Both the position numbers and the translations under genes were made by a program. Positions 49,870-64,000 of a DNA stretch of 64,000 nucleotides are shown one piece after another; positions within the stretch are counted from its first letter, which is position 1; each line of letters begins with the position of its first letter. The notes under the pieces are model-generated. The model saw nothing but the letters and a program-made list of their open reading frames with translations, was not told where the DNA came from and did not search any database. Source of the stretch: Amphiscolops sp. MND2022. Lineage: Eukaryota. Location of the stretch: contig OZ076409.1 of assembly GCA_964187785.1 (NCBI GenBank), positions 93,002,001-93,066,000 of the forward strand. The letters are read 5' to 3'.

Positions 49870-52800
49870 GGTGATTCAACATGGTAGTTCAAGTTCGGTG
49901 ATTCAAATGGGCGATTCAAACTGGTGATTCAAAGTGGTGATCCACAATGCTTATTAAAATTGGTTATTCAAATTGGTTGTTCAATTGGTATTTCAAATTG
50001 GTGATTCAAATTGGTGATTCAAGTTGGTGATTCAAATTGGTGATTGAAATTGGTTATTCAAATTGGTGATTGAAATTGGTTATTCAAAATGGTGATTCAA
50101 ATTCATTGTTCAAATTGGTGATTCAAGTTGGTGATTCAAAGTGGTGATTCAAGTTGGTGATTCAAATTGGTGATTAGAACTGGTGATCCGAAATGGTGAT
50201 TCAAGTTGGTGATTCAAAATGGTTATTCAAATTGGTGACTTAAATTGGTGATTCAAACTGGTAATTTAGAAAGGTGATTCAAATTGGTGATTCAAATTGG
50301 TGATTCAAGTTGGTGATTCAAAATGGTGATTGAAATTGGTTATTCAAATTGGTGATTGAAATTGGTTATTCAAAATGGTGATTCAAATTGATTGTTCAAA
50401 TTGGTGATTCAAGTTGGTGATTCAAAGTGGTGATTCAAGTTGGTGATTCAAATTGGTGATTAGAACTGGTGATCCGAAATGGTGATTCAAGTTGGTGATT
50501 CAAAATGGTTATTCAAATTGGTGACTCAAATTGGTGATTCAAACTGATAATTTAGAATGGTGATTCAAATTGGTGATTCAAATCGGTGATTCAAATGCGC
50601 GGTTGAACTGGTGATTCAAATTGGTGATCCACAAAGCTTATTAAGATTGGTTATTCAAATTGGTGGTTCAATTGGTATTTCAAATTGGTGATTCAAAATG
50701 GTGATTCAAATTGGTTATTCAAATTGGTGATTCAAGTTGGTGATTCAAAGTGGTGATTCAAGTTGGTGATTCAAATTGGTGATTAGAACTGGTGATCCGA
50801 AATGGTGATTCAAGTTGGTGATTCAAAATGGTTATTCAAATTGGTGACTCAAATTGGTGATTCAAACTGGTACTTTAGAATGGTGATTCAAATTGGTGAT
50901 TGAAATCGGTGATTCAAATGCGCGGTTGAACTGGTGATTCAAATTGGTGATCCACAAAGCTTATTAAGATTGGTTATTCAAATTGGTGGTTCAATTGGTA
51001 TTTCAAATTGGTGATTCAAAATGGTGATTCAAATTGGTTATTCAAATTGGTGATTCAAGTTGGTGATTCAAAGTGGTGATTCAAGTTGGTGATTCAAATT
51101 GGTGATTAGAACTGGTGATCCGAAATGGTGATTCAAGTTGGTGATTCAAAATGGTTATTCAAATTGGTGACTCAAATTGGTGATTCAAACTGATAATTTA
51201 GAATGGTGATTCTAATTGGTGATTCAAATCGGTGATTCAAATGCGCGGTTGAACTGGTGATTCAAATTGGTGATCCACAAAGCTTATTAAGATTGGTTAT
51301 TCAGATTGGTGGTTCAATTGGTATTTCAAATTGGTGATTCAAAATGGTGATTCAAAGTGGTTATTCAAATTGGTGATTCAAGTTGGTGATTCAAAGTGGT
51401 GATTCAAGTTGGTGATTCAAATTGGTGATTAGAACTGGTGATCCGAAATGGTGATTCAAGTTGGTGATTCAAAATGGTTATTCAAATTGGTGACTCAAAT
51501 TGATGATTCAAACTGATAATTTAGAATGGTGATTCAAATTGGTGATTCAAATCGGTGATTCAAATGCGCGGTTGAACTGGTGATTCAAATTGGTGATCCA
51601 CAATGCTTATTAAAATTGGTTATTCAAATTGGTGGTTCAATTGGTATTTCAAATTGGTGATTCAAAATGGTGATTCAAATTGATTGTTCAAATTGGTGAT
51701 TCAAGTTGGTGATTCAAAGTGGTGATTCAAGTTGGTGATTCAAATTGGTGATTAGAACTGGTGATCCGAAATGGTGATTCAAGTTGGTGATTCAAAATGG
51801 TGATTCAAATTGGTTATTCAAATTGGTGATTCAAGTTGGTGATTCAAAGTGGTGATTCAAGTTGGTGATTCAAATTGGTGATTAGAACTGGTGATCCGAA
51901 ATGGTGATTCAAGTTGGTGATTCAAAATGGTTATTCAAATTGGTGACTCAAATTGGTGATTCAAACTGGTAATTTAGAATGGTGATTCAAATTGGTGATT
52001 CAAATCGGTGATTCAAATGCGCGGTTGAAGTGGTGATTCAAATTGGTGATCCACAATGCTTATTAAAATTGGTATTTCAAATTGGTGATTCAAAATGGTG
52101 ATTCAAATTGGTTATTCAAAATGGTGATTCAAATTGGTTATTCAAATTGGTGATTCAAGTTGGTGATTCAAAGTGGTGATTCAAGTTGGTGATTCAAATT
52201 GGTGATTAGAACTGGTGATCCGAAATGGTGATTCAAGTTGGTGATTCAAAATGGTTATTCAAATTGGTGACTCAAATTGGTGATTCAAACTGGTAATTTA
52301 GAATGGTGATTAAAATTGGTGATTCAAATCGGTGATTCAAATGCGCGGTTGAACTGGTGATTCAAATTGGTGATCCACAATGCTTATTAAAATTGGTTAT
52401 TCAAACTGGTGGTTCAATTGGTATTTCAAATTGGTGATTCAAAATGGTGATTCAAATTGGTTATTCAAATTGGTGATTCAAGTTGGTGATTCAAAGTGGT
52501 GATTCAAGTTGGTGATTCAAATTGGTGATTAGAACTGGTGATCCGAAATGGTGATTCAAGTTGGTGACTCAAAATGGTTATTCAAATTGGTGACTCAAAT
52601 TGGTGATTCAAACTGGTAATTTAGAATGGTGATTCAAATTGGTGATTCAAATCGGTGATTCAAATGCGCGGTTGAACTGGTGATTCAAATTGGTGATCCA
52701 CAATGCTTATTAAAATTGGTTATTCAAATTGGTGGTTCAATTGGTATTTCAAATTGGTGATTCAAAATGGTGATTCAAATTGGTTATTCAAATTGGTGAT

Positions 52801-55800
52801 TCAAGTTGGTGATTCAAAGTGGTGATTCAAGTTGGTGATTCAAATTGGTGATTAGAACTGGTGATCCGAAATGGTGATTCAAGTTGGTGATTCAAAATGG
52901 TTATTCAAATTGGTGACTCAAATTGGTGATTCAAACTGTTAATTTAGAATGGTGATTCAAATTGGTGATTCAAATTGGTGATTCAAATGCGCGGTTGAAC
53001 TGGTGATTCAAATTGGTGATCCACAATGCTTATTAAAATTGGTATTTCAAATTGGTGATTCAAAATGGTGATTCAAATTGGTTATTCAAATTGGTGATTC
53101 AAGTTGGTGATTCAAAGTGGTGATTCAAGTTGGTGATTCAAATTGGTGATTAGAACTGGTGATCCGTAATGGTGATTCATATTGGTGATTCAAAATGGTT
53201 ATTCAAATTGGTGACTCAAATTGGTGATTCAAACTGGTAATTTAGAATGGTGATTCAAATTGGTGATTCAAATCGGTGATTCAAATGCGCGGTTGAACTG
53301 GTGATTCAAATTGGTGATCCACAATGCTTATTAAAATTGGTTATTCTAATTGGTGGTTCAATTGGTATTTCAAATTGGTGATTCAAAATGGTGATTCAAA
53401 TTGGTTATTCAAATTGGTGATTCAAGTTGGTGATTCAAAGTGGTGATTCAAGTTGGTGATTCAAATTGGTGATTAGAACTGGTGATCCGAAATGGTGATT
53501 CATGTTAGTGATTCAAAATGGTTATTCAAATTGGTGACTCAAATTGGTGATTCAAACTGATAATTTAGAATGGTGATTCAAATTGGTGATTCAAATCGGT
53601 GATTCAAATGCGCGGTTGAACTGGTGATTCAAATTGGTGATCCACAATGCTTATTAAAATTGGTTATTCAAATTGGTGGTTCAATTGGTATTTCAAATTG
53701 GTGATTCAAAATGGTGATTCAAATTGATTGTTCAAATTGGTGATTCAAGTTGGTGATTCAAAGTGGTGATTCAAGTTGGTGATTCAAATTGGTGATTAGA
53801 ACTGGTGATCCGAAATGGTGATTCAAGTTGGTGATTCAAAATGGTTATTCAAATTGGTGACTCAAATTGGTGATTCAAACTGGTAATTTAGAATGGTGAT
53901 TCAAATTGGTGATTCAAATCGGTGATTCAAATGCGCGGTTGAACTGGTGATTCAAATTGGTGATCCACAATGCTTATTAAAATTGGTTATTCAAATTGGT
54001 GGTTCAATTGGTATTTCAAATTGGTGATTCAAAATGGTGATTCAAATTGGTTATTCAAATTGGTGATTTAAATTGGTGATTCAAAGTGGTGATTCACATT
54101 GGTGATTCAAAATGGTATTTTAGAATGGTGATTCAAATTGGTGATTCAAATCGGTGATTCAAATGCGCGGTTGAAATGGTGATTCAAATTGGTGATCCAC
54201 AATGCCTATTAAAATTGGTTATTTAAATTGGTGGTTCAATTGGTATTTCAAATTGGTGATTCAAAATGGTGATTCAAATTGGTTATTCAAATTGGTGATT
54301 CAAGTTGGTGATTCAAAGTGGTGATTCACATTGGTGATTCGAAATGGTTATTCAAATTTGTTATTAAAATTGGTGATTCAAGTTGGTGATTCAGATTGGT
54401 GATTCAAGTTGGTGATTCAAATTGGTGATTGAAATTGGTTATTCAAATTGGTGATTCAAGTTGGTGATTCAAAATGGTTATTCAAATTGGTGACTTAAAT
54501 TGGTGATTCAAACTGGTAATTTAGAAAGGTGATTCAAATTGGTGATTCAAATTGGTGATTCAAGTTGGTGATTCAAAATGGTGATTGAAATTGGTTATTC
54601 AAATTGGTGATTGAAATTGGTTATTCAAAATGGTGATTCAAATTGATTGTTCAAATTGGTGATTCAAGTTGGTGATTCAAAGTGGTGATTCAAGTTGGTG
54701 ATTCAAATTGGTGATTAGAACTGGTGATCCGAAATGGTGATTCAAGTTGGTGATTCAAAATGGTTATTCAAATTGGTGACTCAAATTGGTGATTCAAACT
54801 GATAATTTAGAATGGTGATTCAAATTGGTGATTCAAATCGGTGATTCAAATGCGCGGTTGAACTGGTGATTCAAATTGGTGATCCACAAAGCTTATTAAG
54901 ATTGGTTATTCAAATTGGTGGTTCAATTGGTATTTCAAATTGGTGATTCAAAATGGTGATTCAAATTGGTTATTCAAATTGGTGATTCAAGTTGGTGATT
55001 CAAAGTGGTGATTCAAGTTGGTGATTCAAATTGGTGATTAGAACTGGTGATCCGAAATGGTGATTCAAGTTGGTGATTCAAAATGGTTATTCAAATTGGT
55101 GACTCAAATTGGTGATTCAAACTGGTACTTTAGAATGGTGATTCAAATTGGTGATTGAAATCGGTGATTCAAATGCGCGGTTGAACTGGTGATTCAAATT
55201 GGTGATCCACAAAGCTTATTAAGATTGGTTATTCAAATTGGTGGTTCAATTGGTATTTCAAATTGGTGATTCAAAATGGTGATTCAAATTGGTTATTCAA
55301 ATTGGTGATTCAAGTTGGTGATTCAAAGTGGTGATTCAAGTTGGTGATTCAAATTGGTGATTAGAACTGGTGATCCGAAATGGTGATTCAAGTTGGTGAT
55401 TCAAAATGGTTATTCAAATTGGTGACTCAAATTGGTGATTCAAACTGATAATTTAGAATGGTGATTCTAATTGGTGATTCAAATCGGTGATTCAAATGCG
55501 CGGTTGAACTGGTGATTCAAATTGGTGATCCACAAAGCTTATTAAGATTGGTTATTCAGATTGGTGGTTCAATTGGTATTTCAAATTGGTGATTCAAAAT
55601 GGTGATTCAAATTGGTTATTCAAATTGGTGACTCAAGTTGGTGATTCAAAGTGGTGATTCAAGTTGGTGATTCAAATTGGTGATTAGAACTGGTGATCCG
55701 AAATGGTGATTCAAGTTGGTGATTCAAAATGGTTATTCAAATTGGTGACTCAAATTGATGATTCAAACTGATAATTTAGAATGGTGATTCAAATTGGTGA

Positions 55801-58800
55801 TTCAAATCGGGGATTCAAATGCGCGGTTGAACTGGTGATTCAAATTGGTGATCCACAATGCTTATTAAAATTGGTTATTCAAATTGGTGGTTCAATTGGT
55901 ATTTCAAATTGGTGATTCAAAATGGTGATTCAAATTGATTGTTCAAATTGGTGATTCAAGTTGGTGATTCAAAGTGGTGATTCAAGTTGGTGATTCAAAT
56001 TGGTGATTAGAACTGGTGATCCGAAATGGTGATTCAAGTTGGTGATTCAAAATGGTGATTCAAATTGGTTATTCAAATTGGTGATTCAAGTTGGTGATTC
56101 AAAGTGGTGATTCAAGTTGGTGATTCAAATTGGTGATTAGAACTGGTGATCCGAAATGGTGATTCAAGTTGGTGATTCAAAATGGTTATTCAAATTGGTG
56201 ACTCAAATTGGTGATTCAAACTGGTAATTTAGAATGGTGATTCAAATTGGTGATTCAAATCGGTGATTCAAATGCGCGGTTGAAGTGGTGATTCAAATTG
56301 GTGATCCACAATGCTTATTAAAATTGGTATTTCAAATTGGTGATTCAAAATGGTGATTCAAATTGGTTATTCAAAATGGTGATTCAAATTGGTTATTCAA
56401 ATTGGTGATTCAAGTTGGTGATTCAAAGTGGTGATTCAAGTTGGTGATTCAAATTGGTGATTAGAACTGGTGATCCGAAATGGTGATTCAAGTTGGTGAT
56501 TCAAAATGGTTATTCAAATTGGTGACTCAAATTGGTGATTCAAACTGGTAATTTAGAATGGTGATTCAAATTGGTGATTCAAATCGGTGATTCAAATGCG
56601 CGGTTGAACTGGTGATTCAAATTGGTGATCCACAATGCTTATTAAAATTGGTTATTCAAACTGGTGGTTCAATTGGTATTTCAAATTGGTGATTCAAAAT
56701 GGTGATTCAAATTGGTTATTCAAATTGGTGATTCAAGTTGGTGATTCAAAGTGGTGATTCAAGTTGGTGATTCAAATTGGTGATTAGAACTGGTGATCCG
56801 AAATGGTGATTCAAGTTGGTGACTCAAAATGGTTATTCAAATTGGTGACTCAAATTGGTGATTCAAACTGGTAATTTAGAATGGTGATTCAAATTGGTGA
56901 TTCAAATCGGTGATTCAAATGCGCGGTTGAACTGGTGATTCAAATTGGTGATCCACAATGCTTATTAAAATTGGTTATTCAAATTGGTGGTTCAATTGGT
57001 ATTTCAAATTGGTGATTCAAAATGGTGATTCAAATTGGTTATTCAAATTGGTGATTCAAGTTGGTGATTCAAAGTGGTGATTCAAGTTGGTGATTCAAAT
57101 TGGTGATTAGAACTGGTGATCCGAAATGGTGATTCAAGTTGGTGATTCAAAATGGTTATTCAAATTGGTGACTCAAATTGGTGATTCAAACTGTTAATTT
57201 AGAATGGTGATTCAAATTGGTGATTCAAATTGGTGATTCAAATGCGCGGTTGAACTGGTGATTCAAATTGGTGATCCACAATGCTTATTAAAATTGGTAT
57301 TTCAAATTGGTGATTCAAAATGGTGATTCAAATTGGTTATTCAAATTGGTGATTCAAGTTGGTGATTCAAAGTGGTGATTCAAGTTGGTGATTCAAATTG
57401 GTGATTAGAACTGGTGATCCGTAATGGTGATTCATATTGGTGATTCAAAATGGTTATTCAAATTGGTGACTCAAATTGGTGATTCAAACTGGTAATTTAG
57501 AATGGTGATTCAAATTGGTGATTCAAATCGGTGATTCAAATGCGCGGTTGAACTGGTGATTCAAATTGGTGATCCACAATGCTTATTAAAATTGGTTATT
57601 CTAATTGGTGGTTCAATTGGTATTTCAAATTGGTGATTCAAAATGGTGATTCAAATTGGTTATTCAAATTGGTGATTCAAGTTGGTGATTCAAAGTGGTG
57701 ATTCAAGTTGGTGATTCAAATTGGTGATTAGAACTGGTGATCCGAAATGGTGATTCATGTTAGTGATTCAAAATGGTTATTCAAATTGGTGACTCAAATT
57801 GGTGATTCAAACTGATAATTTAGAATGGTGATTCAAATTGGTGATTCAAATCGGTGATTCAAATGCGCGGTTGAACTGGTGATTCAAATTGGTGATCCAC
57901 AATGCTTATTAAAATTGGTTATTCAAATTGGTGGTTCAATTGGTATTTCAAATTGGTGATTCAAAATGGTGATTCAAATTGATTGTTCAAATTGGTGATT
58001 CAAGTTGGTGATTCAAAGTGGTGATTCAAGTTGGTGATTCAAATTGGTGATTAGAACTGGTGATCCGAAATGGTGATTCAAGTTGGTGATTCAAAATGGT
58101 TATTCAAATTGGTGACTCAAATTGGTGATTCAAACTGGTAATTTAGAATGGTGATTCAAATTGGTGATTCAAATCGGTGATTCAAATGCGCGGTTGAACT
58201 GGTGATTCAAATTGGTGATCCACAATGCTTATTAAAATTGGTTATTCAAATTGGTGGTTCAATTGGTATTTCAAATTGGTGATTCAAAATGGTGATTCAA
58301 ATTGGTTATTCAAATTGGTGATTTAAATTGGTGATTCAAAGTGGTGATTCACATTGGTGATTCAAAATGGTATTTTAGAATGGTGATTCAAATTGGTGAT
58401 TCAAATCGGTGATTCAAATGCGCGGTTGAAATGGTGATTCAAATTGGTGATCCACAATGCCTATTAAAATTGGTTATTTAAATTGGTGGTTCAATTGGTA
58501 TTTCAAATTGGTGATTCAAAATGGTGATTCAAATTGGTTATTCAAATTGGTGATTCAAGTTGGTGATTCAAAGTGGTGATTCACATTGGTGATTCGAAAT
58601 GGTTATTCAAATTTGTTATTAAAATTGGTGATTCAAGTTGGTGATTCAGATTGGTGATTCAAGTTGGTGATTCAAATTGGTGATTGAAATTGGTTATTCA
58701 AATTGGTGATTCAAGTTGGTGATTCAAATTGTGATTCAAATAGATGATTCAAATTGGTGATTGAAATTGGTTATTCAAATTGGTGATTCAAAATGGCGAT

Positions 58801-59421
58801 TCAAATTGGTCATTCAAAATGGTCATTCAAACTGATGATTCAAATTGGTGATTCAAATTGGTGATTCACAATGGTGATTCAAATTTGTAATTTAAAAGGG
58901 TGATTCAAATAGTGATTCAATTTAGTTGTTCAAGTTGGTGATTCAAATCCGTGATTCAAACTTGTGTTTGAAATTGGTCCTTCAAACTGGTAATTCAGAA
59001 TGGTGATTCAAATTGGTGATTCAAATTGGTGATTCAAGTTGGTGATTCAAATTGTGATTCAAATAGATGATTCAAATTGGTGATTGAAATTGGTTATTCA
59101 AATTGGTGATTCAAAATGGCGATTCAAATTGGTCATTCAAAATGGTCATTCAAACTGATGATTCAAATTGGTGATTCAAATTGGTGATTCACAATGGTGA
59201 TTCAAATTGGTAATTTAAAAGGGTGATTCAAATAGTGATTCAATTTAGTTGTTCAAGTTGGTGATTCAAATCCGTGATTCAAACTTGTGTTTGAAATTGG
59301 TCCTTCAAATCGGTGATTCAAATTGGTTATTCAAAATGGTGATTCAAATTGGTGATTCAAATTGGTGAATAAAGTTGGTGATTCAAACTGGTGATTCAAA
59401 ATTAGACGTCCAAATTGGTGA
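49870..59421. repeat. 9.5-kb satellite of 13-bp units (GGTGATTCAAATT) with ~323-bp and ~4255-bp higher-order periods
   Basis: The variant marker TGCGCGG recurs mostly every ~323 bp. Rare variants recur at +4255 (GACTTAAA 50237/54492; TGCGC 50596/54851). Confidence 0.97.
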
Positions 59422-60015
59422 ACAAGATCTCACGGCACCAGAAGACCCCTCTTCAGTTCGTAGGTTCAAAAAGGGTGAAAATACTTTTGTAACCAAATTG
59501 AAGACCCTTTGAATGTGTTTTGGTTTCCATAATTGATAATACGTGACGTAATAAAAAGCTAAACAGATTTTAAAAGAGACCTTTCGATGCCAGATTGAAC
59601 AAAAAGAAAAACAAGGAAACTATTTAGAGTATTAGCCTTTTTCGCTCACTAGTATTAGGTTTTCACAAAAAAGGCTGATTTAAAGAAAAATGAATTGAAA
59701 AATGGGATAGAATAAACAAAAGATGCGCCGTTGACGTTTTTTTTCTTTATCGTTTCACTTTCGCGTCTAGTAACTTTAATATCTACGTCATAGAAAAGGC
59801 GAACTGGGTTTGTCCACGCTTACAAGAAAAACCAAATCTGAGAAACCCAAGAAGGCTTCTCACGAAAAAATGAAACAGGGTGACTAGCAAACGCTCGGTA
59901 AGCGCAAAGTATTTTCAACAAGTTTCTGAAAAATATCAGAGCCGAAAAATTTCAAATTGGAGCTTTTTCGGCACATTAAAGATTTCTCTTACAGTCGCGT
60001 TCATAATAGTTAGGA

Positions 60016-60085
60016 CACTACGATTTTCAGAGTTTTTTTCACAAAAACCATGGTTTTTGTGAAAAAAACTCAGAAAATCGTAGTG
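60016..60085. repeat. 70-bp loopless palindrome with one mismatch
   Basis: CACTACGATTTTCAGAGTTTTTTTCACAAAAACCA|TGGTTTTTGTGAAAAAAACTCAGAAAATCGTAGTG. Confidence 0.9.
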
Positions 60086-60096
60086 GTGCACCACTT

Positions 60097-60479
60097 AACA
60101 AGCCGGGAACGGCCCAAGTCGGCGCCATATCTAAGGCTCAAAAAGACTCGAAAACCACTTTTGCTACAACTGGAGACAATAAAAGCTCTCAAGAAACTAA
60201 AAATTGAGAAAAAAAAGTTTGGGAATTTTTTTTGAAATTTTTTTTCGAAGTTTCCAGTAAGTCGCATATTGCCGAAAAATGTAAAAGGGGGACGCTTTTT
60301 ACCTCATGTTAGACGCTTTGGATGCGTTGAAAATGAAGTACTAAGTACATATGGTAAAAATTGGTAAATGTGCATTAATTGCCTTAATGCACAAAAAGTG
60401 GACGTTACGCGTTGAACTGACGAAAAAAAAACTAGCCACTGTAAGAGTCGGGATTTTCTTCGAAAACGCCGACTAAAAA
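60097..60479 (-). mobile_element. HINE copy F
   Basis: AACAAGCCGGGAACGGCCCAAGTCGGCGCC ... AAAACGCCGACTAAAA. Confidence 0.75.
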
Positions 60480-61075
60480 TAGAACAGATAAACAAAAAGC
60501 GGGGGGGGGGGGGGGGAGGGGGTTACCAACAAGCCTTTATCTGACCTCTACCTTCTTACATCAGAAAATATCATCCACGCTATAGTCATACCCGGTGGTC
60601 ATTATCGACCTTGAAGAAACCATTTTTTCTGACGCAGAAATTATACTGCTTCGCTTGCTTCAAATACCAATTACGCAGACGTCGAATGGACAAATAGCCT
60701 AATTGGACAAAGAGTCAAATGAATTTGTTTTTTCAGACAAAGATTCTGTTTCAAACCAGGAATTCAATTTCTCCCGCGAGAAAATCGCTGTCCAATTAGC
60801 CTTTTTCTCATAAAAACCTGACGTTGCAATTTTATCAAAAGCATAATTTTTTAGGCTCATTAATAGCAAGAAAGTATATGAAAAGAATAGCACCATTCTA
60901 AAAGCATCTGAGAAGTTCTTTCTCACTATTGCCTCTGTGCTGGGACTAATTTCAGAATCAGCTTTCCGAGAAAAAATTGCAAAATGAAAGTAAAATTTTG
61001 CAATAGTTAGCGCAACACTTCGACAAATCCTCAAAATAAATGGCAAGTTTGGGCAATTATCAAAAAATGATTACA

Positions 61076-61380
61076 CTGGTTGAGAAAAACTACAATCCTT
61101 GCAAAGCTGTTGCAAGATTCCTGTGTTTAATACTTGCAAGTGAATGTATCCCTTGCAAAAATCATACAAGGAAATGTAATCCTTGTAAGATCTTACAAGG
61201 AAACACACTCCTTACAAGATCTTGCAAGGACATTGATTCCTTGCAAAATCTTTGCAACGAATGTATTTTAAGGCAAGGATCTTGGAAAATTCTTTCAAGA
61301 AATCCAGAAAAAGGTATTATTTTGCAAGATCTGAAAGGTTCTTGCAAGATCATTGCAAGAATCCTATTTTTTCTCAACGA
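61076..61380. mobile_element. MITE-like element with GTTGAGAAAAA/TTTTTCTCAAC ends and internal CTTGCAAG repeats
   Basis: Terminal inverted match and many TTGCAA/CTTGCAAG palindromic units. Confidence 0.6.
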
Positions 61381-64000
61381 ATTATTCTTGCGAAATGAAG
61401 GTAAACTTTATGCAATAGAAACTCATCGTTTCACCCTAATAATGCTTAGAATAAAAACTACATTCGGTCGATTCTCTAGAAATGAATAACTATCTTCAAA
61501 GTAAGCAATTTTGGATGTTCATTTTGCAAGCAAACGTTTCAGCACCTTTGAATTCATTCAGTTGATTACACGTAGTCCATTCGAAACACTTGTTGTCTTC
61601 GTTCTTCCTATGGTTGAAAGAGTTACCAGTTATAGTATGGTTAAACACTTTTGTCTGCACTAAAATACCCTATCAAAAAGCTGGAAAGGGTAATGTTTTC
61701 AAGTTTGCCATAAAAGAAAAGGCGAATTTTGTTTCTTTAATTGAACAAAGCCCTAATTGAGCTTGCTTGAACTTTTTGCATGCTCTTTAAAGTTGTCAAC
61801 AACTTTTACTATGATTTTCTCAAACGCTTTCATGTGAATATAGTTCCCAGTTGAATTCGACTTTCATCAAACTGCTTGAAAGAAGCATCTTAGATCTGGC
61901 GGCAAATCGAAGCTATGAAGCTTTGCAGGTTTCATTGAGAAACATTTCAACCCTAAAATGCAACTAAAATGTTATCAATTTTACTGCCATTTTAACGCAA
62001 ATTGCATTCATTCACAAATGCTAACAGCAAACTAGAGTCATCTTCAGCGTGCTATTTGAGAAGAAACGGTGATCACAACAGATGATGAGTTGAAAATTGA
62101 AAGGTGAATACAACATGATCGTTTTAGCAACGAAGTGGAAAATGTTTACAGTTTTAATTTAATTAGTGGAAGTTCTATAAAATTTACCAGCCCTATAATT
62201 CTATGAAACTTACCAGCGGAAGCATACTAAATTTTCTATGTTTTGGACGAACCCAGTGTTCGAAGCCATGGTGTCCTTGTCGTGATCTTGCCATGATCTT
62301 GGCAAGAATACCATGGCCATGCAAGATCGTGCAAAGGCTAACCATGATCTCGGCAAGGGTTCCATGGTAGCAAATCCGTTTTTTGGTAACTCCTTTTTTC
62401 TAATAGTATTGATTTTTATTACACTAGTTTCTATTGCATTCTCGAAATTTCAACACGTTACCTCAGTAGGTGAGTTATTAGCAAGATTAACAAATCATAG
62501 CTAGAAAAGTTGGTTTTCACACCAATATCGTAAACCCGCAAGTTGCAATAACTTGGTGGTCAAGGGGGATGCCCCTCAGAAAATATTGCGAGGCCGGGGA
62601 GGGTCCCGAGAGCCGAGCACATTCTATCAATTCCTACCTTCAGGATTGCGAAGTATTTTAACCGATCTCGAAATTCACCCGTAGGATTTGTCTGAAACTT
62701 TGCATGTGGCTTTATCTCAAAAATTTAAGAACTTTTTTCTGCTGACGTTTTTCCAGGAAAATTCATTTTGTAGGGTTTTTTTGCGTTTTTTTGGTTTTTT
62801 TCATCTTTTTTCATCTTTGATTAATCAATGACCGAATCAAAGGCCATTTTCACCATGAAGGAAAGCCCGTAGCGGCAAAGTGCACTTTTATGAAAATCAT
62901 CAACGGTCAACGGTCTTTCGAACGGTCCAAAAAAATTTCCCCCCGGGGGCAACCAAAGTGCCGAAAAGTGCCAAATTTATTTTTTTGACTGAATCACTTT
63001 GATCAAATTGATGATTTGAGCAGCCGGAACGGTCCGCACGGTCTCGGACAATAGGGTCAAAAATTGTCAGCATCCAATGGGGGTTCCAAAAATGTAATTC
63101 GTTCACCTGCAGGAGACATCAGAAAAAAGTTGATTTTTGGGAGTTTTGGCATTATGACTGATCGGATGATAAATCATTGCATCACGTTGAGTTGCATTTG
63201 ATGCAGCACACGAAGCAGCTGCAGCGAACTTGAAACTGCTTAGGGGGGTAGGGTTTACTATCTGTAACAAGCAAAATATCCCTTGGGCAAAAGGTATGCC
63301 AAAAAGTGCCTCAAAGTGCTAATTAAGTTGTTGCAAATCGGCTTGCAAAATTAATTGTCACCGGTGTTCCGAGAGTTGCGCAGCATCTCGCAGGAACAAC
63401 GGTGCTTGTTTCGAACGCAAAACCCAACATACCTCTTTGGTGACGTGACGGAGGTCACCATTGGCCTTTTTCGGCAGTGTAATGATATTATTATTGTTGA
63501 ATTGTGAACAACTTACACAAAAGGTTTAGCGTGGGATATTTGTTTGTTTCATACTTCAGTAACAAACTTTCAACCGTTTCGTTTAGGCCTCTACCTAGCA
63601 GTGCTCTAAATCGCTCCATCGCTAGGTGCCAAAACCCAATGGTTTGCCAAACACTTCGAGGGCGGGGTAGGGCCCCCAGCCCGAGTCAAAAGTCGAAGAC
63701 TAACAACGTAAGGCGATTGCTGGGATCTCCTATCGATTTTCTAAACGAGCCGTCAGATTTGGCTGAAATTTTGCATACGGCTTCCTATAACAATCCTAAG
63801 AACTAATCCCTACTGGCGTTTTGCCCGGAAAATTCAAAAAGTGGGTCAAAATCTTAGTTTTTTGGTCGAAAAATGGCGTTTTTTTGGAAAAATTTTTTTT
63901 AAGAGCCCATATCTCGCTCCCAGGTGCCCGTAGCGACCAGACCTCGGACGGTACTATTGCTGGGCACTTCGTAAGGAGTCCGTAGACAAATTTTCGTCCA

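Noticed and set aside
62540..64000. Possible DNA-transposon-derived region at the right edge
   Set aside because: It has repeat-like motifs (CTGAAACTTTGCA, CTGAAATTTTGCA) but no definable ends or ORF within the window.

Overview
AT-rich, repeat-dominated eukaryotic (animal-like) genomic DNA with spliceosomal introns and one 200-N scaffold gap. I did not assign a taxon. (1) 1-~11.5 kb: a decayed Polinton/Maverick (adintovirus-like) segment on the minus strand. It holds a long protein-primed PolB pseudogene, a PC4-like ORF, a hypothetical gene, an 18-copy 156-bp palindrome-rich array and a possible spliced PPPY microprotein gene. (2) 11.9-28.8 kb: host DNA with a two-exon 94-aa membrane microprotein gene that the ORF track misses, Helentron/DINE-1-like elements, a 174-bp perfect palindrome and tRNA-derived repeats. 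(3) 28899-44923: a complete, young 16-kb Ty3/Gypsy LTR retrotransposon with a 5-bp TSD (TTCAC), 1.74-kb LTRs and intact gag and pol. This is the strongest candidate for an undescribed system. Its LTR encodes the first ~197 aa of Gag, it has no adjacent polypurine tract, and it carries a 6-kb cargo cassette. The cassette holds an antisense six-exon gene resembling a catalytically dead hAT transposase and a divergent small protein with a SUMO-interacting-like motif. (4) 45-64 kb: the first exon of a GPCR-like host gene, a 9.5-kb three-level 13-bp satellite and several MITE-like elements. All domain calls come from motifs read by eye; no searches were run.
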